A DNA stretch of 64,000 bases from Parcubacteria group bacterium (GCA_016181765.1 JACOYR010000001.1:16847-80846); one strand, 5' to 3'; counted from the first letter of the stretch, positions 46,640 through 54,881 are shown. A program made the numbers and translations. The notes: generated by a model from the sequence alone, not told the origin.

Positions 46640-46775
46640 CGGCTCAACCCCCTCCAAAGCCCTGGGAGCCTTGCGGCTCATTTACACCATTTGAGCCGCA
46701 CCTGCGGCTCACGATGCACGGAGATGAGCCACAACCCAGAGAACCAACTCGTCGCGGCGGCAGCTGGGGCGCCGC
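46640..46775. repeat. Direct repeat A (about 100-130 nt; about 85% identical to 48805-48935). Contains internal 31-nt duplication and a decayed copy of the 3' end of a 48877..49338-like gene
   Basis: CGGCTCAACCCCCTCCAAAGCCCTGGGAGCCTTGCGGCTCA...CGATGCACGGAGATGAGCCACAACCCAGAGAACC vs copy B. Confidence 0.6.
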
Positions 46776-46786
46776 TCTCTTCGGCG

Positions 46787-47086
46787 TTATGCCAACTCTT
46801 TCATCTTGCCGGTTGAGTACTGGTGCAGAACGGACGACACCAGTGTCTGGTAGGGCAAACCCTTCTCCTGCGCCCGCACTTTCAGCGCGTGTAAATCCCG
46901 CTCCGAGATGCGGATGTTGATGTTGCGCTTCTTGATCAGCGTTGCGCGCGCGGCGGCCACGAGCTTCTGCTTTTCTTCTTCAAGATTGGGCACGCTCTTA
47001 AACTCGCCTCTGTTATAGGCGTCCAGAAGTTCCTTCTCTTCCCTATCTAATGATTCGTAATATTTTTCCTCTAGATCCTGTGGCAT
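46787..47086 (-). CDS. brnA: BrnA antitoxin (ribbon-helix-helix, CopG-like)
   Basis: 99 aa; C-terminal RISERDLHALKVRAQEKGLPYQTLVSSVLHQY RHH motif; paired with BrnT. Confidence 0.7.
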   Translation of the reverse strand: MPQDLEEKYYESLDREEKELLDAYNRGEFKSVPNLEEEKQKLVAAARATLIKKRNINIRISERDLHALKVRAQEKGLPYQTLVSSVLHQYSTGKMKELA

Positions 47087-47089
47087 AGA

Positions 47090-47386
47090 TTATCTCTTAG
47101 TGATATACTTTTTTGTCGCCTTTCGGCTTGGTATGATGGTTTTTAAAAAAATTTTCTCATCATCTTCCACATACGGAACAAGGTACGCGTATCCGCCAAC
47201 TTCCACGACGAACATTTTCTGGTTGGGATACTTTTTCTGATTCAGGTGCCGAATAATGTCCAGCACCCGTTCGTTTTTATTTAGTAGCGGAACCATGTCA
47301 TCAAAACAGACTCCATGCCGAATTCTTAATTGCGAATTTTTGTCTTTGTTCCACTGGTAATCCTTCATGTACACATAATATGACAA
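47090..47386 (-). CDS. brnT: BrnT toxin (DUF497 ribonuclease)
   Basis: 98 aa; WNKDKNSQLRIRHGVCFDDMVPL and FVVEVGGYAYLVPYVEDDEKIFLKTIIPSRKATKKY typical of BrnT. Confidence 0.7.
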   Translation of the reverse strand: MSYYVYMKDYQWNKDKNSQLRIRHGVCFDDMVPLLNKNERVLDIIRHLNQKKYPNQKMFVVEVGGYAYLVPYVEDDEKIFLKTIIPSRKATKKYITKR

Positions 47387-47602
47387 TGTCTATATTTTGT
47401 CAATACTCCTTTTCCACAACAAAAACGCACCACTGCGCGCCTCCGTGTACCCCCATCGGCTCAAATGGTGTACATGAGCCGACTTTTAGTCTGGTGGTGA
47501 GGCGACCTGGTGGGCGATAAAAGAAAACCGCCCCATCTCGCGCGTGGCAAGACAGGGCGGGTGTGCGGCGCACTAAAAACAGACAGTGCGCGAACTATGG
47601 AG

Positions 47603-48658
47603 CTACCGACCCTCCTCCTGGGAGAGCACCTCAAGACGCTCCTCTGCATCAAGCTTGGCCTGGAGCGCCTTGTCCTGTTCGCGGAGGAGCGCCATCTGCG
47701 CTTCGGTCCGCTGGCGATACAGGTACACGATTGCGGCCTTGGAACCGGCCAGCGCGGCCTCTTCCATGGACCGGGGCACACCACGCTCTTTGCGCAACCC
47801 ATTCTCGGTCAGCCGGGGAATATCCGACAGCTCCGTGCCCAGCGCCAGCTGTTCCAGCTTCAGGAAACAGGCCGTGTCAAACTCCCAGCTCTGACCAAGG
47901 AGAAGTATGATCTCGTCGAGGCTGTCCAGGATCTCAATGAACCGATCCCGGCGCGCGAACAAGAGCATCTGCATGCGGGAGTCGCGCTCCAAGATATGGC
48001 GCATGCCCGGCAGATGCGGGGCAAGTCCATGACCCCGGTACTGTTCAAACTTCCAGCCGACCTCGCACAGGTCCATGAGAAACGCGCGGACGATTCTGGG
48101 GTAGAACCCGCGCTCCGGGTGACGGTGCGGGTAGTTCCGAATCCCGCCCCCCTCGCGGCGGAAAAACCAGAGCACCTTCCGAAACACCTCGGGCACGAAG
48201 ATGTGCTCCACCCAGGCCCATGAAGGTATGGTGGGGTGCGTTTCGTGGCTCCGGAGCCGCTCGCGCGCGAACACCTCAAACGCGTCCCGAGCGATCCGCT
48301 GGCGGATTTCCGGCCAGCTCCGGCGTTCGCCAAGAAAGAACGGCCGGGAGTCCGAATGCCAGCCCAAACCGCGCTCACCTGCCCTGTTGAAGCTCCCCGT
48401 GTCGTTGTGGCCGTCAGCCACTTCCATATACAGGCAGTCGCGCTCCACCTCTTCTTCCGCGCCCGCAACCTGCATGGTGTAGCCGCCAAGAATCAGATCA
48501 CGCTTCCTGCCTGCCTCTGTGGCCGCGCCAAACTCCTGCTTCCACTCGCGCCACAAAGTCATGCTGCTGGTGACTGAAAGGAGCGGATGGTGTCCCTCTT
48601 CTCGGGCTGGTGCCGCATCTTCGTTCGTAGGTGCGTGCGTAGCCATGATGGCCTCCAC
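47603..48658 (-). CDS. Hypothetical protein, GC-rich (about 64%), His/Arg-rich
   Basis: 351 aa ORF with no competing frame. Composition deviates from neighbours. Confidence 0.5.
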   Translation of the reverse strand: MEAIMATHAPTNEDAAPAREEGHHPLLSVTSSMTLWREWKQEFGAATEAGRKRDLILGGYTMQVAGAEEEVERDCLYMEVADGHNDTGSFNRAGERGLGWHSDSRPFFLGERRSWPEIRQRIARDAFEVFARERLRSHETHPTIPSWAWVEHIFVPEVFRKVLWFFRREGGGIRNYPHRHPERGFYPRIVRAFLMDLCEVGWKFEQYRGHGLAPHLPGMRHILERDSRMQMLLFARRDRFIEILDSLDEIILLLGQSWEFDTACFLKLEQLALGTELSDIPRLTENGLRKERGVPRSMEEAALAGSKAAIVYLYRQRTEAQMALLREQDKALQAKLDAEERLEVLSQEEGR

Positions 48659-48804
48659 AAAAAAATGAACTGCATTTTACGCCGATTGACGCTCGGCGAA
48701 ACGTACCCCTAACCTACGCCCGAAACCGCATTTTGTCAATCCAAAAACCGCCCCAACGCACCCCAAAATACCCACCTCATCGGCGCCCGCCTGCCGGCGA
48801 GGCA

Positions 48805-48935
48805 GGGACAGGCGGCTCAACCCCTCCAAAGCCCCGGGGGCCTTGCGGCTCACGATGCCCGGAGATGAGCCACAGCCTAGGAAACCGGCTCGTACCGGGC
48901 ATGGCTGGCAGCGCCCACCCGCTTGAGCCGCCCGG
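48805..48935. repeat. Direct repeat B (partner of 46640-46775), overlapping stop codon and 3' UTR hairpins of 48877..49338
   Basis: See repeat A. Confidence 0.6.
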
Positions 48936-49338
48936 CGCGGACCAGCTCCGAGAGGTAGCGGGTGGCCGTGGCATCCGAGACGCGGAGCAATTTTTGCACG
49001 CCATCATTGGTGATGCTCCCCTCTGCGCGGGCGCGGGCCGCGATTTTCTCCAGCTTTGCCCGCTTGCGGAACTGGATTCTCTCCCGTGCCCGCGACAACA
49101 GCCCCCGCACTCCGCTTTCCGTGCCTGCCAGAGAGGCGGCAGGAGCTGGGGATGATGAAGTAACTGGGACCAAAGGCGGGGTTGATGGTTCAGGCGCGGC
49201 TAGCTCGGGTAGGGGTGATGGTGTGGGTACGTCCGCCGGAGAAACGGATTCGGACTGAACCACGGGTTCCACCGGCGGCACGGACGCGGCTGGCTCAACC
49301 GAGGGTTCAGGTGTAATTGCGGGAGTTTCTTGTTGCAT
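48877..49338 (-). CDS. Pro-rich protein with C-terminal winged-helix/HTH DNA-binding domain
   Basis: N-terminal PEPS-rich low complexity. C-terminal ITNDGVQKLLRVSDATATRYLSELVRAGRLKRVG HTH. Minus-strand -10 TGCTATACT at about 49390. Confidence 0.5.
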   Translation of the reverse strand: MQQETPAITPEPSVEPAASVPPVEPVVQSESVSPADVPTPSPLPELAAPEPSTPPLVPVTSSSPAPAASLAGTESGVRGLLSRARERIQFRKRAKLEKIAARARAEGSITNDGVQKLLRVSDATATRYLSELVRAGRLKRVGAASHARYEPVS

Positions 49339-49429
49339 TGATTGGATGATAGGGCAAAAAGGTACCTTTAGGCTTTCCTTATGATGTCAGTATAGCATAT
49401 CAACATTTGTACCGAGATTACTCTCTTAG

Positions 49430-49568
49430 GACTTACGCGTTTGACAGAAATAGTCGTCATTCTGGAGGCTTTGTACTCAAAGCCGATAGAATCTCCGTGA
49501 AAAACGCATAGATTCTATCGCTCAAGAGTACTTTCGCTCCAGAATGACGTCAAACGCGTAAGTCCTAT
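49430..49568. repeat. Long imperfect palindrome (about 140 nt) forming an extended hairpin at the boundary of the AT-rich island
   Basis: GGACTTACGCGTTTGAC/GTCAAACGCGTAAGTCC (17 bp), GTCATTCTGGAG/CTCCAGAATGAC (12 bp), GATAGAATCT/AGATTCTATC (10 bp), centre CCGTGAAAAACGC. Confidence 0.65.
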
Positions 49569-49570
49569 CT

Positions 49571-50221
49571 CTAACAAATTTGCACATTCCCATCGCCTAG
49601 GCACACTTGGTGCTTCAGATCCCATAATAAGTATCTAATGTAGTGAGTTTCTTCAGGCGATGATTCGCTACTCAAAAGCTTGTGTATATTTCGTGCAAAA
49701 AACTTCTTTGAATTTCTACTGGCTTGAGCGCTTGAATTTCCCTTGAGTAAGGAGATAGCCACTTGGTTTGAGGGCTCAAGGAAAAGTTCGGCCACTGTAT
49801 CTTGATGGGGGCGTGAAATCTGATGCTCATCGTACCAAAAAATAAAATCCGCATCGTACCCTATATACGAAAAAGTGCCGGACTTTACGCTTTTAGGTCC
49901 TAACTCAACTGCTGATTGACACGATAAAGCGTATACAACCCTAGATTCAAAAATATCCTCATTAACACCCGCCCGAACTAGAATCTTATCATCTTGTCCG
50001 GTGACATGACCTGGACCACCATGACCATTTATAAAAACAAATGAGGGCTTGAGCTTCTTGACTCTGCTTTCAAATTCTTTTTTATTTGCTTTCTCGCCAT
50101 GGAGATCAAATAGCCTAAATCCTTTTGCATTGATAATTTTTATTACCTTGCCAGCCCATGCAGATAAATACCGAGTTGGAATATCATGATTAGGCCTCGT
50201 CACTAAGCACGCTATACTCAT
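49571..50221 (-). CDS. Hypothetical protein with minimal caspase-like (CHAT/C14-like) His-Cys dyad; AT-rich island gene 3
   Basis: 216 aa. Hydrophobic strand plus H (PSFVFINGHGGPGH) and hydrophobic strand plus C (VVYALSCQSA) about 25 aa apart, reminiscent of the caspase/hemoglobinase fold. GC about 40% vs window about 57%. Confidence 0.5.
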   Translation of the reverse strand: MSIACLVTRPNHDIPTRYLSAWAGKVIKIINAKGFRLFDLHGEKANKKEFESRVKKLKPSFVFINGHGGPGHVTGQDDKILVRAGVNEDIFESRVVYALSCQSAVELGPKSVKSGTFSYIGYDADFIFWYDEHQISRPHQDTVAELFLEPSNQVAISLLKGNSSAQASRNSKKFFARNIHKLLSSESSPEETHYIRYLLWDLKHQVCLGDGNVQIC

Positions 50222-50474
50222 ACAGTTCGCCAGTTTTTAATGACTGCAAAAAATTCATATCAATTTCAATCATTTTTTTGCCTATCTCGTCTCCATCGCT
50301 CACATGCTGGATTAAATCATCTCTGCTAAAAGACCCCTCGCCGCCAATCGACATACTAAAACCAACAGGCATCGCACCGAGACGCGCCTTAACCAATTCT
50401 CGAACATCCTCATCACGCTCTTCCTGTTCCGTCTGTCCGCTCTGTTGTGCATTTTGTGTTTGTGTCGTACTCAT
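50190..50474 (-). CDS. Hypothetical small acidic protein; AT-rich island gene 2
   Basis: 94 aa ORF; overlaps gene 3 start by 32 nt and gene 1 stop by 4 nt. Confidence 0.45.
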   Translation of the reverse strand: MSTTQTQNAQQSGQTEQEERDEDVRELVKARLGAMPVGFSMSIGGEGSFSRDDLIQHVSDGDEIGKKMIEIDMNFLQSLKTGELYEYSVLSDEA

Positions 50475-50665
50475 ATAATTTGAAGTTCGACGAGTTTGTT
50501 AAAAATTTTTTTACCAAGCTCGGTATCATTACTGATCTCAACATAAGCAACATTCCATGTTATGGGAATGCGCCTGTCATTCTCTCGCTCAACCGTCAAG
50601 ACAATATCATCCCGAATATTAATGGGAAGGTTTGCGTAAACTTTCAAAAATCTTGCCTTGTCCAT
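50471..50665 (-). CDS. Hypothetical small protein; AT-rich island gene 1
   Basis: 64 aa ORF, first gene of the three-gene minus-strand cassette. Confidence 0.4.
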   Translation of the reverse strand: MDKARFLKVYANLPINIRDDIVLTVERENDRRIPITWNVAYVEISNDTELGKKIFNKLVELQII

Positions 50666-50928
50666 AGATCTCTAATTTCTTTTATTATACCACATTCTCA
50701 ACATTCACGCCAACACCGTACCACTCCAATCTTGGAAGGTCAAATCATTTATGTATCCCTTCCTCTTTCATCATACCACCTAAATACTTTCTATCCTATA
50801 CACGCCACTCGGCGAGGCAAGCACCAAGGCCAGCGTGCCCGCCGATGAGGTGGATGCCGAGTTTACCCGCCGGAGAGAGGCGGGCTTACCTTGATCCTCG
50901 CGAGAGGCGAGGCTGATTTGACAACTAT

Positions 50929-50957
50929 TGACTTTTTTATTAAAATATGCTATCATT
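50929..50957 (+). promoter_or_regulatory. Sigma70-type promoter (TTGACT-17-TATCAT with TGc extension) for 51005..51709
   Basis: TTGACT 50929-50934; TGCTATCAT 50949-50957; SD AAGGAG then GTG start. Confidence 0.55.
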
Positions 50958-51004
50958 ATATTCACAAAAACCAACCATAATGCACCTACACAAGGAGAAA
51001 GACA

Positions 51005-51709
51005 GTGAGCACCAAATCGCTCCAGAAGTTGTACGACGAGGGATTCTTCAAGCCCGGACACTCGGAAGCAGTAGATGAGTGCATCACAAACATCGTCTTG
51101 CTCAACACCGACCAAGTGTTCCGCACGGGAGTGCCGCGCAGGATCCCCCGCCCAGCACTCCCCGCAGAAGAATTCACGTTTCACTGGTCTCGCTTCGTGG
51201 GCGCGGTTACGGCCAACTTCCCGAACATTGAGCCGTACAACCTGACGGCCATCACCACGCTCATGGTCGCGGAGAAGCGCCACCAGGAAGAACTGTTTCT
51301 CTGCCAGCTCATCGAGGCGCTCTGCCCCAGCTGCGAGTCGATGTGCTTCCTCGGACACGCCTACTGGCACCTCGAGGATCGCTACCTCGCGCTGCAGTGC
51401 TACCAGGAAGCGCACCGCCGCAGTGAGCGCTTCTGCAAGGAGCGCAAACTCGGGCCCGACAACCCCAACTGGCTGGACGCGGGGGATTACCTCCGCTACG
51501 CCGCCGAGTGCCAGCTCGCGCTGGACATGCCCGGCGACGCCCTCACGTCGCTCGTGCGCTGCGTACAGATCTTCAAAGCAGCAGGCAAGTACGGCACCTT
51601 CAAGCGCGAGGATCTGACCAGGATCCACCGGTCCGTGATGGAAGCCGCCGGATGGAATGCCGTCGGCGATCTGTGGGAAGTTCCCACAGAAGCACCTACT
51701 GGCGCGTAG
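51005..51709 (+). CDS. Hypothetical protein (GTG start), Cys-containing, TPR-like helical repeats; GC-rich orphan between AT-rich segments
   Basis: AAGGAG SD 8 nt before GTG; followed by strong terminator. Confidence 0.55.
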   Translation: MSTKSLQKLYDEGFFKPGHSEAVDECITNIVLLNTDQVFRTGVPRRIPRPALPAEEFTFHWSRFVGAVTANFPNIEPYNLTAITTLMVAEKRHQEELFLCQLIEALCPSCESMCFLGHAYWHLEDRYLALQCYQEAHRRSERFCKERKLGPDNPNWLDAGDYLRYAAECQLALDMPGDALTSLVRCVQIFKAAGKYGTFKREDLTRIHRSVMEAAGWNAVGDLWEVPTEAPTGA

Positions 51710-51734
51710 AATCACTCAGCGCGCCACCCCCGAT

Positions 51735-51770
51735 CCCCCGCACGCTATCGCTAGGTGCGGGGGTTTTTAT
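51735..51770 (+). terminator. Intrinsic terminator (CCCCCGCAC...GTGCGGGGG then TTTTTAT)
   Basis: 9-bp GC stem. Confidence 0.65.
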
Positions 51771-51854
51771 ACAAAAACACCCCGCCGCCGGTCCGCCGCC
51801 TGCTCGCCGAGGAGGCGGGGAGAGGCGGGTTAATCTGGTCCATGATATAATAAA

Positions 51855-52313
51855 GTGCGTATGCACATAGAAATAGACCAATCCGGAAAAATTGAGCACA
51901 CCAGCAAAACCACGGTTATCGCCTACGCAAACGGCAGTTCAAGAAGCTTGCAGATAAGCGCGAGCGAAAAACAAAAACTCATACGAACGATGAAAACAAA
52001 CAGGCATCCCAAGACCACATACGTGTACACCATATTTGCAACGCTCATATTTATGCTTCTGCGCGACATGCGCGCAAGCGATTCCACAAGCGTCACCATC
52101 GACAGGGAATACCCGGGCAAAGAACCAACTATCAAAAACTTCCTGCTGCAGCTCTACCGGAAAGCCCATAAAAAATCTCCGGCCATACGGTTTGACACTA
52201 TCGGGAAGAAGAGTATGGCGCACAAAGCCGCGCTTGCGGTGTTCCAAAATAAAAAGCGCCCTGACATCATAGTCACGGCCCAAGACGCCTTACAGACGCT
52301 GTACGAGAGATAA
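51855..52313 (+). CDS. Hypothetical protein (AT-rich)
   Basis: 152 aa ORF with TM segment; followed by hairpin ATCCCGG-tccag-CCGGGAT. Confidence 0.4.
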   Translation: MRMHIEIDQSGKIEHTSKTTVIAYANGSSRSLQISASEKQKLIRTMKTNRHPKTTYVYTIFATLIFMLLRDMRASDSTSVTIDREYPGKEPTIKNFLLQLYRKAHKKSPAIRFDTIGKKSMAHKAALAVFQNKKRPDIIVTAQDALQTLYER

Positions 52314-52565
52314 AAAGGTTGGAGATCCCGGTCCAGCCGGGATAATCCTTAGCTAAGAACGCCGATTATGAACGTTGGTCACTAAGGCATCCAACCGTTG
52401 GTGGCAGTATACCACGCCTCCCGGAAAAGTCAAGCCCACGAATTGAGATGTCATTTCAGTAGTGGTGCGTTAAAAATTCAATAGAGACAAAGCATAAACC
52501 ACGCTCATCATCTCATCCTACGCTCTTGAGTACAAGAGCTTCGGACGACAGGCGGCAGAAGACTC

Positions 52566-52907
52566 TCATCCTGAAATCTTTTCAATCGTAGAAGGCACAA
52601 TATATATATCCCAATCCGACATACCGATCACATCAACAATTTCATACCTGATTTTTACCGGCAATCCAACTTTCTTGAATTCATTCGGCAATTCATAAAT
52701 AGCCGACGTATCTGAAAAAGAAAGACGTTCTTTTTTTACCGGAATACCAAGAAAGGTGCGGCTGGTTTCAATCCCCCACCAACCACCATCTTGATCTATA
52801 TACTGAATCGTTCCAACGCGCGTCTTAGTCTGCATCGGGTCTATCACCCAAAATGCCCCATACATTATCAATCCAACTATTGCAATAACCAAAATCTTTT
52901 TTATCAT
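52566..52907 (-). CDS. Hypothetical membrane-anchored protein
   Basis: 113 aa, N-terminal TM; 4-nt overlap with rarA. Confidence 0.45.
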   Translation of the reverse strand: MIKKILVIAIVGLIMYGAFWVIDPMQTKTRVGTIQYIDQDGGWWGIETSRTFLGIPVKKERLSFSDTSAIYELPNEFKKVGLPVKIRYEIVDVIGMSDWDIYIVPSTIEKISG

Positions 52908-54058
52908 AGATACTTCTTATTTTTCAACTCCTCCGGCAGAAAGCTCTCATCAGTATACTTCTCATACCCATTGCCATAACCCAGCTCCTTCATCAACCCT
53001 GTCGGCGCATTGCGGATATTGAGGGGAACCGGGAGGTTGCCGTGCTGTTTCACATCCGCTTGAGCGGCGCGCAGGGCATCATAGCTGGAGCGGTCCTTTT
53101 TGCATTGGCACAAATACGCCACTCCATGGGCGAGGTTAATGGCGCACTCCGGGTAGCCGATGGTTTCGCAGCTGCGGAACACGGCGTTGGCGACGACGAG
53201 AGCCGTGGGCGCGGCCAGGCCAATGTCCTCGCTCGCGAATATCACCATCCGGCGGGCAATAAAGAGCGGGTCCTCCCCCGCGTCCACCATGCGCGCCAAA
53301 TAGTAGATGGCGGCGTCCGGCTGGCTCGCGCGCATGCTTTTGATGAACGCGCTGATGACGTTGTAATGCTCCTCCCCTTTTTTGTCGTAACGCAAATGTT
53401 TTGATTGGAGCGCCTGTTTGAGGTTTGCGACGGTGATATCCTTGTACAGGGTTGCGGTTGCCTCCAGCATGGAGATGGCGGCGCGGGCGTCTCCGTTTGC
53501 CATGGCAATGAGCCAGTCCTTGGCATCCTGGTCCACAGAACCTCCCCTAGCCCCTCCTTGGTAAGGAGGGGAATTTAGGATGCGGTTGATGATGGAGAGC
53601 ATATCATCTTTTGTGAGCTCGTTGAGGACGAACACGCGGCAGCGTGAGAGGAGCGGGCTGATGACCTCAAAGCTCGGGTTTTCCGTGGTCGCGCCAATGA
53701 GCGTAAGCTCCCCGGTTTCAACGTAGGGCAGGAGAAAATCCTGTTGGGCCTTGTTGAAGCGGTGAATTTCGTCAAGAAACAATACTTTTGATTTTTCAGT
53801 TTCATGGCTGATGATGTGCTTGATGTCTGCTTTGCCCGCGGACACGGCAGACAGCTCAAACAGCTCCGCATCCAGGGCGCGGGCATAGATTTTGGCGAGC
53901 GTGGTTTTGCCTACACCCGGCGGGCCCCAGAGGATGAATGAAAAGAGGTGCTTTTCCTGGATGGCAACGCGCAAAGGCTTGTCCGGGCCCACAAGATGCT
54001 CTTGGCCCATGAATTCATCCAAAGACTTGGGGCGGATTTTTGAGGCAAGGGGTTCCAT
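52904..54058 (-). CDS. rarA: Replication-associated recombination protein A (RarA/MgsA AAA+ ATPase)
   Basis: Walker A GPPGVGKTT, Walker B VLFLDEIHRFNK, sensor motifs, C-terminal MgsA domain. Contains in-frame palindromic repeat insertion (see repeat copy 3). Confidence 0.85.
   Translation of the reverse strand: MEPLASKIRPKSLDEFMGQEHLVGPDKPLRVAIQEKHLFSFILWGPPGVGKTTLAKIYARALDAELFELSAVSAGKADIKHIISHETEKSKVLFLDEIHRFNKAQQDFLLPYVETGELTLIGATTENPSFEVISPLLSRCRVFVLNELTKDDMLSIINRILNSPPYQGGARGGSVDQDAKDWLIAMANGDARAAISMLEATATLYKDITVANLKQALQSKHLRYDKKGEEHYNVISAFIKSMRASQPDAAIYYLARMVDAGEDPLFIARRMVIFASEDIGLAAPTALVVANAVFRSCETIGYPECAINLAHGVAYLCQCKKDRSSYDALRAAQADVKQHGNLPVPLNIRNAPTGLMKELGYGNGYEKYTDESFLPEELKNKKYL
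53549..53585 (-). repeat. Palindromic repeat family copy 3 (CCCCTCCTTGGTAAGGAGGGG + CTAGGGGAGG), located inside rarA coding sequence in frame (encodes SPPYQGGARGG linker)
   Basis: rc reads AATTCCCCTCCTTACCAAGGAGGGGCTAGGGGAGG = ...N S P P Y Q G G A R G G... Confidence 0.65.
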
Positions 54059-54123
54059 AGTAGAGCGTCACCCCGAGCGAAGTCGAGGGGTCTAGTCATT
54101 TTACTCCTATCATAAAATAAGGC

Positions 54124-54158
54124 AAAAAAAGCAGGCAGCACCCGTGGAGGCGCTGCCT
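54124..54158 (-). terminator. Intrinsic terminator on minus strand (AGGCAGC...GCTGCCT, U-run)
   Basis: 7-bp stem, A7 run on plus strand 54124-54130. Confidence 0.55.
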
Positions 54159-54198
54159 AGAGATTCACTGCCCACAAAACCCCGAACTCCCTGGCTGC

Positions 54199-54555
54199 CT
54201 ATGTCAGCGCTCCGGCCGTGATGAGATGATTGGACAGGACCGTGGCAAGGTCAGTTAGGCGCACGCGCTGCATCATCGCCTCAAGCAGTGGGCCGGACGG
54301 ATGCGGCACAGGATGCTCGCTGTACGGGCAACAGGTGTTGCCCAGATAACGCAGGTACAAACGCACCACCTCGGGCCGGTCCCGGCCAATACCCGGGTGG
54401 CTGCGGTGCGTCTTGATGTGGTATGCAATCAGGTCCCGCTCGCGCAAGCCGTGCGCCTGCAGGAGGTAGTAGAGCGCGTCATAGACAGTCTGTTCGCACA
54501 TCGGATGAACTGTGCAACTCAACACGGAAAACGCGATCGCCCTGCCCGAGATCAT
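54199..54555 (-). CDS. Hypothetical protein
   Basis: ORF 54199..54627; start MISGRAIAF at 54555 plausible. Confidence 0.4.
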   Translation of the reverse strand: MISGRAIAFSVLSCTVHPMCEQTVYDALYYLLQAHGLRERDLIAYHIKTHRSHPGIGRDRPEVVRLYLRYLGNTCCPYSEHPVPHPSGPLLEAMMQRVRLTDLATVLSNHLITAGALT

Positions 54556-54683
54556 GAGCAGGACTTGTCCGCGCTCCCTGCTTTCAGGAGCTTCTGCGGA
54601 CTGGTACGAAAATATGTAAAGGTACACGTCGCCCTCCTATGGTGAAGGAACGTGGTAATGCGCTTTCTTTTATATTATTGATG

Positions 54684-54881
54684 CTACTTGGAGAGCCGCA
54701 AGCCGTTCAGCCCCACGTACCAGCCGACGATGACGGCAATCCAGCTGAAAAACAAGGGCACGTCCCAGTTGTTCAGGCCGAGCTCCCAAGCGTTTACGCT
54801 CCGCACAAAGTGCAGGGTTCCTCCCAAAAATAGGATGATGCCCGCGACCAAATTGAAATTCTTTTGTTTCATTTCACGCAT
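54684..54881 (-). CDS. Small membrane protein (65 aa, two TM)
   Basis: Minus-strand -10 TGCTATACT at about 54899. Confidence 0.45.
   Translation of the reverse strand: MREMKQKNFNLVAGIILFLGGTLHFVRSVNAWELGLNNWDVPLFFSWIAVIVGWYVGLNGLRLSK

Noticed and set aside
47603-48658. HEPN/nucleotidyltransferase or HD-hydrolase assignment for the GC-rich orphan gene
   Set aside because: Only loose R-x4-H-like strings; no convincing motif, so left as hypothetical.
50780-51715. 311-aa minus-strand ORF antisense to 51005..51709
   Set aside because: Low-complexity translation. The plus-strand gene has promoter, SD and terminator.
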